From Blastocladiella emersonii ATCC 22665 (lineage: Eukaryota > Fungi > Blastocladiomycota): 64,000 bases of DNA. Made by a program: the position numbers and the translations under genes. Position 1 is the first letter of the stretch. Every line of letters begins with the position of its first letter. This document shows, in pieces, positions 12,010 through 22,046 of this stretch. The DNA lies in assembly GCA_025594325.1 (NCBI GenBank), contig JANHCV010000002.1, positions 62,001-126,000 of the forward strand. The letters run 5' to 3'. The notes under the pieces are model-generated. The model was not told the origin of the DNA. It saw only the letters and a program-made list of their open reading frames with translations, and made no database searches.

Positions 12010-15000
12010 ATGCTGTCCGCCGGCGCCCTCAGCGACCGCGCGCAGTCGGCGCTCAACCGCCTGCGCCGGTCGAAAAAGGAGGTGGACGCCAAGGGCTTCA
12101 CGCTCATGACCCTACCGTACCTGCAGGAGGTGGCCAAGGAGCAGAAGGGCTACCACACACCGGCGCTCAACGACAACCTGTACCTGCACTACAAGGGCTT
12201 TGCCCGCATCTCGGACGCCATCTGCGCCTACGACGGCCTCAAGTCGCTGTGGCTCGAGGGCAACGCGCTGTCGTCGATCGAGCACCTTGGTACTTGCTCT
12301 GCCTCTCCCACTTGTTACGATCGCGCTCACACCCCACCCCCACAGACGCCCTCAAGCTCCTCCGCTGCCTCTACCTCCAGGAAAACTGCATCGAATCGCT
12401 CGCCGGCGTCGCCCGCATCCAGTCGCTCGCCATCCTCAACGTGTCCAACAACCTGCTCACCGCCCTCCCCGCCGAGCTCGCCGACCTGCCGCACCTCTCG
12501 TCGCTGCACGCCACCAACAACAAGTTCAAGTCGGCCGCCGACATTGCCGTGCTGCGCGACTGCACCGCCCTCACCGTCCTCGACCTGCACCACAACGCCA
12601 TCGACGACCGCGCCGCCGTCACGGACGTGATCTGGCACATCCCCAACCTCGCCGTCCTCACCCTGCACCACAACCCGGTCCTGCAGTCGCTCGCCCAGTA
12701 CCGCCGCAACACCATTGTCCAGATCCAGTCCCTCACCTACCTCGACGACCGCCCCGTCTTCGACAACGAGCGCCGCGCCACCGAGGCCTGGGCCGCCGGC
12801 GGCATCGACGCCGAGCGCGCCGAGCAGCAGCGCCAGCGCGACGCCGAGCGCGACGAGCAGCGGCGCAACTTTGACGCCCTCGCCGCCCTCCAGGCACAGA
12901 ACCGCGAGAAGCGCCGCGCCGCCGGCGAGGACGTGGACGCGCCCATGACGTTCGCCCCGCACCTGCAAAAGTTCCACGACGACATGGTCGCCAAGGGGCT
13001 CGCCGAGGACGCGTCCGAGGACGACGACGATGCTGCCGCCGAGGACCAGGTCAGCGATCTCGACGACGAGGACGCGCCGCCCTCGCTCGAGTCGGTCCGC
13101 CCGCCTCCCACTAGCTCGGCCTCCGAGTTTGACGGCGGCGTCCGCATCAACCCCGCCGTCCCCGTCCGCGCCGCCGGCACCATGGACGTGGCCGGCACCC
13201 AGGTCGAGCCGCCGCGCGTCTCGGCCCCCGCCGTGCCCATGGTCGCACCCACGACCGCCGCCGCCAAGGTTCAGGAGATTGACGACACCGAGTCGACCAC
13301 CGCGCCCCTCATCTCCGAGGCCAAGGACGACGACGAGCCGTTTGTCCCGCTCGCCCAGCTCCTCAGCGACGCCGAGCGCGACGAGGAACGCCGCCGCCCG
13401 CGCTTCGAGGAGATCGAGGACGAGGACAACAAGGTGGTCGAGATCGATACCAGCAAGGTCGCATCCATCACGTCGCTGCTCGGCACCGCGTCCGCGGATA
13501 AGCTCGACGACGAGGAGTCGGCGCCGCTGCTCGGCGCGTCGGACTCGGCGCCGTCGCGTCGCCCGCTCATCGAGGAGGTCATCGAGACCATCCCGCTCGT
13601 CGAGACGGCTGCGCCACCCGCGCCCATCATCGCGCCCGCGCCCGTCCACGCTGCACCCGCGACGTCGGCATGGTCCGCGCCCGGCGACCCGTTCCAGATC
13701 CGCGCCTTCCGCAAGCTGCAGGAGACGGAGCGTGCCGACGACTCGAGCGTCCCGCCGTCGCCCGCGATCCCGGCCACCCCGCACTCGACGCCGGTCCCCG
13801 TCTCGGCGACGCCCAGCGTGGCCGTCTCGCCCGCGCCCTCGGCCGACTCGCGCACCTCGACCGCAACGGCCACCTCGGCCACGGGCTCGCTCGCTGCCGC
13901 GTCGTCGTCGCGCATCTGCACCACCGACCGCGCCGAGATGACCGTGTCGCCGACGCCCAGCGACGCCTCGGACGCGTCGCTCATCCGCCCGCAGGACCGG
14001 TTCAACGACGACTTTGACGAGCTCGAAGGCGAGGACGACGATGGCGACGGCGAAGTGTCCGAGGACCCCGACTCGCCGCTCACGCTCGGCGACGGCGACG
14101 AGGCCGCCGACGGCGAGAACCCGTGGGCCGGGCCCAGCGCGCCGCACCCGACGCCCACGTCCGAGGCGTTCCCGCCCGTCTGCACAACAACCGCCGCCGC
14201 CGATAGCGGGGTGCCCGCGCCGCCGACGCCCGTGCGCCGCGGGTCGCGTCTCCGCATCGAGATCGGCGAGGCCCTCGAGCGCGCGTCCGCGGCCGCCGCC
14301 GAGGACTCGGTCCACGCCTCGCTCACGTCGCCCGTCACCTCTTCGGCGCCGCACCGCCGCAACCGCAAGGGCCTCCGCCTGCTGCCCAACATTGCCGGCG
14401 GGATGCCGCAGCAGCAGTCGCCCGCCACATCGACGGCAGCTGCCGCCGCGGCCGCGCTGCTCGCCGGGACCGCCGTCGGCTCGCCGTCCGAGGACACTGG
14501 CCCCGTCGCCGTCGACCACCTGCACGGGTTCGTCCCGCCCATGACGCCGACCATGGACATGACGCCGGCCGCGCCGCACTCGACGCCCGTGTCGTCGCAC
14601 GCCGGGACCCCAGCGCCGCCGATGCCGTGCCCGATGACGCCGACGTCCGAGTCGCTCCCGCGCGCGCCGCACTCGACGCCCGTCGCCGGGATCCGCGCCG
14701 GGTCGGACCGCGCACCCATCGCCGCGCCCGTCCCCGTGCCCGTGTGCCCCATGACCCCGACCATCGACCCGACCCCGCGCCCACCCTTCTCGACGCCCGT
14801 GTCGGCGACGCGGCCATTCGGGGACGCGGGCATCGTGTGCCCCATGACGCCGACGGTTGACACCACGCCGCGCGCCCCGTTCTCGACGCCCGTCGCGGGC
14901 ACTACCGCCGCCCGCCAGCAGTGGACCGCGCCCGCCGAGATGCCCATGACGCCCACGTCCGAGGCCATGCCGCGCGCGCCCTTCTCGACGCCCGTCGCCC

Positions 15001-15269
15001 CGCAGCGCGGCGCAGGTCCGGCGGCCGTGGGCGCCGGCGAGGAGGACGCGGCGGTCGCGGCGCTCCAGCGCGTCTTCAACCAGCGCGCCATGGCGGCGGC
15101 GGCGGCCACGCGCGTGCCCGACTCGGACGACGAGGAGGACGAGGAGGACGACGGGCTCGAGACGGTCGAGGTCCGCGAGGTCCGCAAGTCCACGGCCGCG
15201 GCGCCTGCTCCTGCACCATCGGCGCAGCGCGACGGCGGTGACGCGGACCCCGGCGCGGCGTGGGTGTAA
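12010..15269 (+). CDS. DNAAF1: Dynein axonemal assembly factor 1 (LRRC50/ODA7) with long low-complexity tail, 2 exons (intron 12290-12345)
   Basis: MTLPYLQEVAKEQKGYHTPALNDNLYLHYKGF, LKSLWLEGN, LRCLYLQEN LRRs, YRRNTIVQIQSLTYLDDRPVFDNERRATEAWAAGG. Confidence 0.9.
14533..15000 (+). repeat. Five copies of a ~19-aa coding repeat (C/P/M)PMTPTxxxxPxxP(F/H)STPV in the DNAAF1 tail
   Basis: PPMTPTMDMTPAAPHSTPV, CPMTPTSESLPRAPHSTPV, CPMTPTIDPTPRPPFSTPV, CPMTPTVDTTPRAPFSTPV, MPMTPTSEAMPRAPFSTPV. Confidence 0.9.
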
Positions 15270-15393
15270 TGGGGGCGGCTGCGCGCGCGAGTCGTCGAAG
15301 TTTGCTTTTGATTCACATCTCACTCTCCATTGTTGACCCTGACGACCGAACGAACGAACCATTTGTGCACGCACAACATCATATATATCTCCA

Positions 15394-18300
15394 TCATACC
15401 TCCTCGCTGCCTTCCGACTCGGACTCGGACTCCGAACTCGCCTCGATGGTGTCCCACCCGCGCTCGCGCGCCATGGTGAGCGCCTGCTGCCGCGTCCACG
15501 CCTCGCGGTCGCCGCCCTTGGCGAGCATGAGTTCCGCGAGCCGCGCCGCGTCCGTCGACCGCCGCATCAGGTCGTCCTCGTCGCGCGTCCACACCCACCG
15601 CGCCCGCTCGTCGGGCGTCGCGGCGCCGATCGCGATCGCGAGCGTCCGCCCGCGGTGGTACGACGTCGACGCGAACAGCCGCCGCACCGTGCGCCGCGGG
15701 TGGCCTGAGATGCGGGACACGGCGTGCAGCCAGTCGAGCGGCGCGACGGACGAAGCGAGGGGGTCGGTCGCCCAGTCGATCTCGGACGCGGCCGCGGGCG
15801 CCGGTACAGGTGGCGGGCGGGCGGGCGAGAACTGCGAGAGCGACGGCGGCGCTGGGGGCTGGACGGACGTGGCAGCGGCCGCGGCTGCAGCAGCGCGTGA
15901 CCGCGTCGAGGGCCCGCGCTCGCCGCCCGACTCGGACGCGGACGGCGAGTACTCGGACTCGGACTCGGAGCTGACGTACTGCACCCCGCGGCGGCGGCGG
16001 CGGTTCTTGGGTTTGGGCGCGTCGGGCTGCTCGGGCTGCGCGGGTTGCGCGGGCGGCACCTTGGAGGTGCCGCGGACCGGGACGACGACCCGCGCGACCT
16101 GCGGCGGGCGTGGCGGCGCCGGCCGGTCGGCGGGCGCGTAGTACTGCGTCGTCTCGAGGTCGGGTGGCGGGCGAGGCGGCGCGTGGCGCGGGAGCTGCCA
16201 CCCGGGCGCCGCGGTGACGGCGGCCGTGGTGGTCGAGGTCGAGTCGCGCGGAGCGGACTGGATCTCGGGCGACGAGGAAAAGTGCAGGCCGACGGGCGGC
16301 TCGAGGTCCAGGTCGAGATCTAGGTCGAGGTCGACCGGGTGGTGGTGGTGGTGGTGGGTGGCCTCGACGGACTCGGCCGCGACGTGGGCCGCGGCGACGC
16401 CGTCAGCGCTTGAGCGGTCGAGGTCCACCTCCATGGGACTGCTGACGGTGCCGCCGCGTGCGCACCGCTCGCGGTCGTCGGCGAACAGGTACTCGTCGTG
16501 CTCCTGCAGCAGCTCGTCGTGGTACTCGTCCTCGCCGCAGCTCGACGCGCCGCACGGGTAGCACTCCTGGCACCGGCACTCGGGGCACCCGCGGCAGTAC
16601 CCGTACCCGTGGCACACGTAGCGGTCCTGGCAGCGCAGGAACCGGGTCGAGCACCGGTGGCACTCGGCGCGCTCCTCGTCGTGGCACTCGGCACACCCGC
16701 CGCAGTCGGACCTGCTCGTGTCGTGCGGCGAGAACCCGCACATGTGGCACCGCTTGCACTTGAAGCTGCGCCACGCGTCCCTGGACGCGTCCTCGCTCGA
16801 GACGCGGTCAGCGGGCACGGGCGCGGGTGCTGGAGCTGGTGGGGCGGTGTCGAACTGCGAGTCGGGAGCGACGACCGCGATGCGCTGGCGCTTCGGCTGC
16901 GGCTCGACGCTCGCATTGACGCCGGCACGGAGGTCCTCGTCGTCGCCGTCGGACCCGTTGCTGCTCGGGATCACCGCCGTCCGGCCGCGTCGGACGCGTT
17001 TCCTGGACGCGGGCGCGGGCGGCGGCAGCGGGACGGGTTCGGGTTCGGGCACTGGCGCGGTAGCGTGCTGCATGCCGTATCGCGCCTCGACCTCGAGCTC
17101 GTCGTCGTCGAGCTCGAGGCTGACGCGCTGCGAGTGACCCTGCGATGCCGGCACCGATCCCGATGCCACGAGCGAGCTGGGCACCACCACCACCTCCGCC
17201 TCCACCGCCTCCGCCGCCTCCTCTTCGTCGTCCTCGGTGGGACACGCGCTCGAGTCCGAGAGGACCGGAACGACCGACGCCGAGTTGGGCGCGCGCACGG
17301 GGCTCGTGGGCACGTCGAGGTCAAAGTCGTCGAGGTCCATGAGCATCGAGTCCGGCAGGCCCGTGAGGAGCCGCGGGTCCTGCGTGAACAGCGGCGAGTG
17401 GAAATCGGGAAGTGCGCCGACGGCGGGGCCCTCGAGCGGGGACAGTAGCGGCGGCGGTACCGGGCGCGTGCGGGTGGAGGAGATCGTGAGCCGGGGCGGG
17501 GACACACGCGTCGTTGGAGGGTGCAAGAGGGTGTTGGCAGTTGCGGCGGCGGTCGAGGTCGAGGTGGCCGACGCAGGGGCGGGCATAGACGAGGCGGCAG
17601 TCACCGTCGCGGTCGACGACGCGGATGCACCGGTCCGCGGCCGCTCGGTGCTATCGGTGGACGAGGTGGTCGGCCGCTCCGGCGTGAGCGAGGGGAGCGA
17701 CGGCGAGGAGGACGGGATGGGCTGCGCGACCTCGGCGTCGGCGTTGGTCGACGCAGGCGCCGAGACCGTAGCGCGACTCCCGATCATAGGCGACGAGGAT
17801 GACGGGATGGGCTGCGCGAGCTCGGCGCCGGTGTCAGTCGATGCAGGCGCCGAAACCGTAACTCGACTCGCGATCGCGGGCGACGAGGAGGGCGACGGCG
17901 CGAAAGAGGACCCGCGGGCCGAAGGGTTAAGCGCGGGCGCAGACAGGACGAGGCGGGGCGGCGCACAGTCGAGTGGGGCCGCGAGGAACATGATCTCACC
18001 GATGGAGCGCGGCGAGCGGGCCATGGCAGTCGCGGCGACCATCTCGTCGTCGTCGTCGTCGTCGTCGTCACTGGACACGTCGATGACGGTGCGTGTCCGT
18101 GCGGGCGGCGCGGGAGCAGCGGGCGACGTCGTGGTCGGCGGTGACACGACCGCGGCGGCGGCAGCAGCCTTCTTTTGCGGCGTCGTGACCGACGCGGCCT
18201 TGGCGGCCTTCTTGGCGGCGAACGCCTTGTCAGCGATCTCTTCCACCACGCGCTTCGCGTCATCCAGCGCGCGGCGCTCGGCCTCCTCCTTCTTCAAGCG

Positions 18301-18960
18301 CGCCGCCTCGGCCTCCTCGGCCTCCCTCGCAGCACTCACGGCGTCCGCGACTGCCGACCGGGCGGGCGCCTGGACGGTGCGTGTCGCGCGCGGCGGCATG
18401 TTCCCGGCGCCGCGCGGCAGGACGCCGGCGCGGAGCTTGCTGTACCACTGGTTGGAGATGGCCGTGTAGGAGCGGTACGAGCCGGGCAGGTTCGCGATCT
18501 CGCGGCACACGTCCTGGATCTTCTCGTCCTTGGCGCGGCCGAGGACGAGCGCCGTGATCATGGCGTTCTCGGCGTCGGTGAAGCGCGGCGCCTTGGAACG
18601 CAGCGTGTTCGGATGGCGCAGGTAGAAGGTCGTCGGGTCCGTGTCGTCAAGCTCGTCGTCGTCGTCGGACACGGTCACGGTCTCGATCTGCTTGGTGTCC
18701 GCGCCGGCGGCGGCGGCGGTCGTTGGCGAAGCGGCGGGCGACGGGTGCGCCGACACCGGTGCAGCAGCAAGAGCGACGGACGCGGGAGCAGAGACAGACG
18801 GTCGGCCGGCCGCGGAGGCGGTTGAGGACTTGCCGCCGCGCGCCGACCGCGACGCGGGCGCGGAGGCGCTGTGGACCTGGCCCGTGGGCGTCGCGGGACG
18901 CGCGGGCGGCACGGTGGCGGTTGCACCTAGTGCAGGCCGTATTCCATTTGATTTGTTCAT
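15394..18960 (-). CDS. RAP1: Rap1/TERF2IP-like telomere protein: N-terminal Myb-like domain, central Cys-rich insert, C-terminal RCT-like domain
   Basis: RFTDAENAMITALV...RSYTAISNQWYSKLR resembles the Rap1 Myb domain. The C-terminal WVWTRDEDDLMRRSTDAARLAELMLAKGGDREAWTRQQAL resembles the RCT motif (WTxxDDxxL...LxxKxG...R). Assigned from remembered motifs, not a search. Confidence 0.65.
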   Translation of the reverse strand: MNKSNGIRPALGATATVPPARPATPTGQVHSASAPASRSARGGKSSTASAAGRPSVSAPASVALAAAPVSAHPSPAASPTTAAAAGADTKQIETVTVSDDDDELDDTDPTTFYLRHPNTLRSKAPRFTDAENAMITALVLGRAKDEKIQDVCREIANLPGSYRSYTAISNQWYSKLRAGVLPRGAGNMPPRATRTVQAPARSAVADAVSAAREAEEAEAARLKKEEAERRALDDAKRVVEEIADKAFAAKKAAKAASVTTPQKKAAAAAAVVSPPTTTSPAAPAPPARTRTVIDVSSDDDDDDDDEMVAATAMARSPRSIGEIMFLAAPLDCAPPRLVLSAPALNPSARGSSFAPSPSSSPAIASRVTVSAPASTDTGAELAQPIPSSSSPMIGSRATVSAPASTNADAEVAQPIPSSSPSLPSLTPERPTTSSTDSTERPRTGASASSTATVTAASSMPAPASATSTSTAAATANTLLHPPTTRVSPPRLTISSTRTRPVPPPLLSPLEGPAVGALPDFHSPLFTQDPRLLTGLPDSMLMDLDDFDLDVPTSPVRAPNSASVVPVLSDSSACPTEDDEEEAAEAVEAEVVVVPSSLVASGSVPASQGHSQRVSLELDDDELEVEARYGMQHATAPVPEPEPVPLPPPAPASRKRVRRGRTAVIPSSNGSDGDDEDLRAGVNASVEPQPKRQRIAVVAPDSQFDTAPPAPAPAPVPADRVSSEDASRDAWRSFKCKRCHMCGFSPHDTSRSDCGGCAECHDEERAECHRCSTRFLRCQDRYVCHGYGYCRGCPECRCQECYPCGASSCGEDEYHDELLQEHDEYLFADDRERCARGGTVSSPMEVDLDRSSADGVAAAHVAAESVEATHHHHHHPVDLDLDLDLDLEPPVGLHFSSSPEIQSAPRDSTSTTTAAVTAAPGWQLPRHAPPRPPPDLETTQYYAPADRPAPPRPPQVARVVVPVRGTSKVPPAQPAQPEQPDAPKPKNRRRRRGVQYVSSESESEYSPSASESGGERGPSTRSRAAAAAAAATSVQPPAPPSLSQFSPARPPPVPAPAAASEIDWATDPLASSVAPLDWLHAVSRISGHPRRTVRRLFASTSYHRGRTLAIAIGAATPDERARWVWTRDEDDLMRRSTDAARLAELMLAKGGDREAWTRQQALTMARERGWDTIEASSESESESEGSEEV

Positions 18961-19142
18961 GGTCGTTGGGGTGCGGAACGTAGTCGAGTTTGCAGAGACC
19001 AAGTCGACGTCGCCGGAGTCGCTCCGGCCGTGAGACACGTGGTCTTCAAGACAGGCACATTTATGATGTAAGGAGTACAGAGTAGGGCGAGAGTGGTGGT
19101 GGCAGGGGATCAAAACTTGTGAGAGTGGGAGGGGAGGAGGAA

Positions 19143-21002
19143 CTACGCGGGCGAGACAACGGGGCTCTCGGGGAGCGGCACCTTGGTGGCCACGTCGACC
19201 GTGGGCGCCGGCGAGCCCGTCGGCGCGGACGCAGCAACAGCGGGAGCAGCAGCAGCGAGCGGCACGTCGTCGCTGTCGACGGAGCGTGCCGACTCGACGG
19301 GCGACAGGGACGGGTCCGAGACCGAGGCCTCCTCCTCGTCGTCGACGCCGAGGTCCGTGTCGGTGCGCAGGCTGGCGGGGGTCGCGGGCGTCGCGGGCGT
19401 CGCGGGGACGGCCGCAGCAGCCGCAGCGGCAGCCTGGGCCGCGGCCTGGGCCTGAGCAGCTTCCTGCGCGGCGGCGGCGGCCGCAGCAGCCTGAGCCTGA
19501 GCAGCGGCCTGCTGGCGGGCGCGGCGCTCGAGGGCCTCCTGGGCGAGCGTGCGCTGGGCCTGCGCGGCGGCCATCTGGCGCTCGCGCTCGGCGCTGGCGA
19601 GGATGCGCTGGAGGACCGTCTCGGGGCCGGGCGTCGGCGGGCCCGACTCGTCCGCCTCCTCGGCGGTGGCGGTGGGCGCAATGGAGCGGGCGCCGGCGGC
19701 GGGCGAGGTGGAGGAGGGCGCGTGGCCGCCGAGCAGGGCGACGGACATGGGCGCGCCCTGGGCGTGCGGGTCCTGGGCGGCGACCTGGGCGACGGTGGCG
19801 TGGGCCTGGAGCGCGGCCATGGTGCTGGAGGTGAAGGGCCGCGGCGAGGGCGGGCCGTACTCGGACGAGTGGACCGAGGAGCCCGTGGTGGTGGCGGCGG
19901 CGGACCGGGCCGTGGCGCGCGACGAGAGCAGCGGCTGCTGCGACGGCAGGAGCGGGGCCGTCAGCAGCGGCGACGAGTACACGGACGTGGCGCGCGTCGA
20001 CTCGGCCTTGGTCGTGGCCGACTCGGACGCGGTGGTGGAGCTGCCCATGGCCCAGGCGCGGTTGGCGAGTGGCGGCGACATGGTGGCGGAGGCGGCCATG
20101 GACTTGCGGGCGTTGGCGGGCGGCTCGTCCTTGTAGTCGTCGGCGGTCGGGGTCGGGATGAAGAGGAAGTTGAGCGAGTCGAGCGGGTCGCCCGAGCCCT
20201 TCTTGGTCTTGGCCTTGGCGGGGCGCGGCACCTTGGGCGCCGTGGACCCGGACGCGACCGAGGCCGACGACGCGCCGGCCGCGGCGGTGGTGGTGGCCGC
20301 GCCATCGGCGGAGACGGCGTCCGCGGCGGCCGAAGGGGCGCCGATCGGCTGGTCGTCGTCATCCTCCTCCTCGTCATCCTCGTCCTCCTCGACATCGACG
20401 CGGACAATGTTGACGGACTGGCCGCGGAAGTTGGCGACCATGGTGGCGCGCTTCTTGTGCGATGACGAGCTGGACGGGGCGGGCGAACCGGAGCGGTCGG
20501 GCGCGGCGCCGGCAGCGGCCGCGGCAGCCACGGCCTGGAGGACGGCGGGCGCGGGGACGGGCGACACGGCGTTCTGCTCGGTAGCCGAGGAGGAAGGTGT
20601 TGGCTCAGCAGCCGGCGCGATGGCGGGCTTCTCGTCATGGGTGGCGTCGACGGTCACCGCCACATGTTCCTGGGCCTGCTGGGCGGGCACCTGGCGCGCC
20701 TGCGGGACGGGGGTCGGCGCGGGCGAGACGGCGCCGTGGACGGCGGGCGACGAGCCGTTGGCGTGGGCCGTGAGCTTGTCGAGGGCGCGGGCGGCGTCGT
20801 GCGGCGGCGGCGACTTGGCGCGCGACCCGCGGCAGCAAAAGTACCACATGATGGCGAGCACGACGAGGCCGGCCGCGACGGCGCCGATGATGATGGGGGT
20901 GGTCGAGGAGGACGAGTCGTCGGCGGGCGGCGCGGCGCGCTTGACGAGGTGCTGAAGGGGCGCCGAAGCCACCGTGATGGTCGCACTGCGGTGGGGGGCC
21001 AT
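19143..21002 (-). CDS. Single-pass membrane protein with low-complexity Ala/Ser/Pro cytoplasmic tail
   Basis: TM segment IIIGAVAAGLVVLAIMWYFCC followed by CC-R; host codon bias; likely ATG at 21002. Confidence 0.7.
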   Translation of the reverse strand: MAPHRSATITVASAPLQHLVKRAAPPADDSSSSTTPIIIGAVAAGLVVLAIMWYFCCRGSRAKSPPPHDAARALDKLTAHANGSSPAVHGAVSPAPTPVPQARQVPAQQAQEHVAVTVDATHDEKPAIAPAAEPTPSSSATEQNAVSPVPAPAVLQAVAAAAAAGAAPDRSGSPAPSSSSSHKKRATMVANFRGQSVNIVRVDVEEDEDDEEEDDDDQPIGAPSAAADAVSADGAATTTAAAGASSASVASGSTAPKVPRPAKAKTKKGSGDPLDSLNFLFIPTPTADDYKDEPPANARKSMAASATMSPPLANRAWAMGSSTTASESATTKAESTRATSVYSSPLLTAPLLPSQQPLLSSRATARSAAATTTGSSVHSSEYGPPSPRPFTSSTMAALQAHATVAQVAAQDPHAQGAPMSVALLGGHAPSSTSPAAGARSIAPTATAEEADESGPPTPGPETVLQRILASAERERQMAAAQAQRTLAQEALERRARQQAAAQAQAAAAAAAAQEAAQAQAAAQAAAAAAAAVPATPATPATPASLRTDTDLGVDDEEEASVSDPSLSPVESARSVDSDDVPLAAAAPAVAASAPTGSPAPTVDVATKVPLPESPVVSPA

Positions 21003-22046
21003 GGCGACGAAAGCGGGTCCACGCGGGCGGGCGGGCCGGATATCACGCAGCACACAGGGCGGACCGATGGAGGAGAGCACGAGAGCGAGGCCCTGCCGAA
21101 GAAACTCAATGGCAACAGGCTCGGTGCGGAGGGAGGGAGGGAGCGCGGGTCGCTCTGCTGAGCGCTGCTGAGCAGGCAAAATAGAGTAGCCGCGAGGCGT
21201 TAGCGCTGCAGCACTAATCGAGGCCGGGTAATGAAGCGCAGCACGCAGCACGCAGTACCCACCTTCTAACGTCTAAGGCCGTCTATCGAGGAGGGCGAGC
21301 CCGTCAGGGACCGCGCGGCGATCAAGCAGGGACGCTCGGGGTCGAGTCGGGGGTGCGGGGCCGGCCGGCAGCGGTTGCAGGGAGTGGCGTCGACGTGGAG
21401 ACGACGGGGAGAGAGGGGTTCACGGCAGCGATGTATATTATCATACAGCGACCCCCGGCGGCAGCTTGTGCCCGAGCCGGCCAGCGTGGGGCAAGATCAT
21501 GACCTGCCCGGGTTGCAACGTCGAAACCGGCCGTGGTGGCGGTGGCGCGGGGGCGCGGCCAATGAGCTGCTTGCAGATCGCCCGTCACGCCTGCCACGGC
21601 CGAGTGACGAAGCGCGCCGAACGAGTGAGGTGGGCCCACGTGATGCGAGACTCGGGCGTCTCACGCCTCTGCCGGCGAGCGGATCGGCGGCCGTCAACTC
21701 TACGCCGCCGCTGCGCCCCACGCTCGCTCCCTTATACCAACCATTCGCAACGATCGCCGCCTGTGAGGGCCCGCATGAAGCTTCTGTGAAACAACCCGCC
21801 GACCTACCGAGACCGAGTCTGGACGCCCAAACCCGTGCTTGTCCTGCTTGCCTCCATTCCGATCACTCGTCGTCGTCTGAGCGCCCCACCGACCATCCCA
21901 CGCGAGAGCTGTGAGGCACTCTCCCCCGACGATCCGCGGAACCTTGTCGTCCGCGCGACCTCCTTGAACCCCCGCCCCCCGCCCGACCCCCTCCCCCGCT
22001 GCCCACCGTGATCGGCTCGCGCCCCTCTCCCGCCTCCGCCGCCACC

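Noticed and set aside
10871-15269. Functional link between CKS1 and the TP-rich DNAAF1 next to it
   Set aside because: Adjacency alone is weak evidence in a eukaryote.
12327-15374. Very long antisense or off-frame ORFs (e.g. 12327-15374, 21804-25079, 60147-63707, 49814-51433)
   Set aside because: They are shadows of real GC3-rich genes, with Arg/Gly/Ala-rich nonsense translations and no domain motifs.
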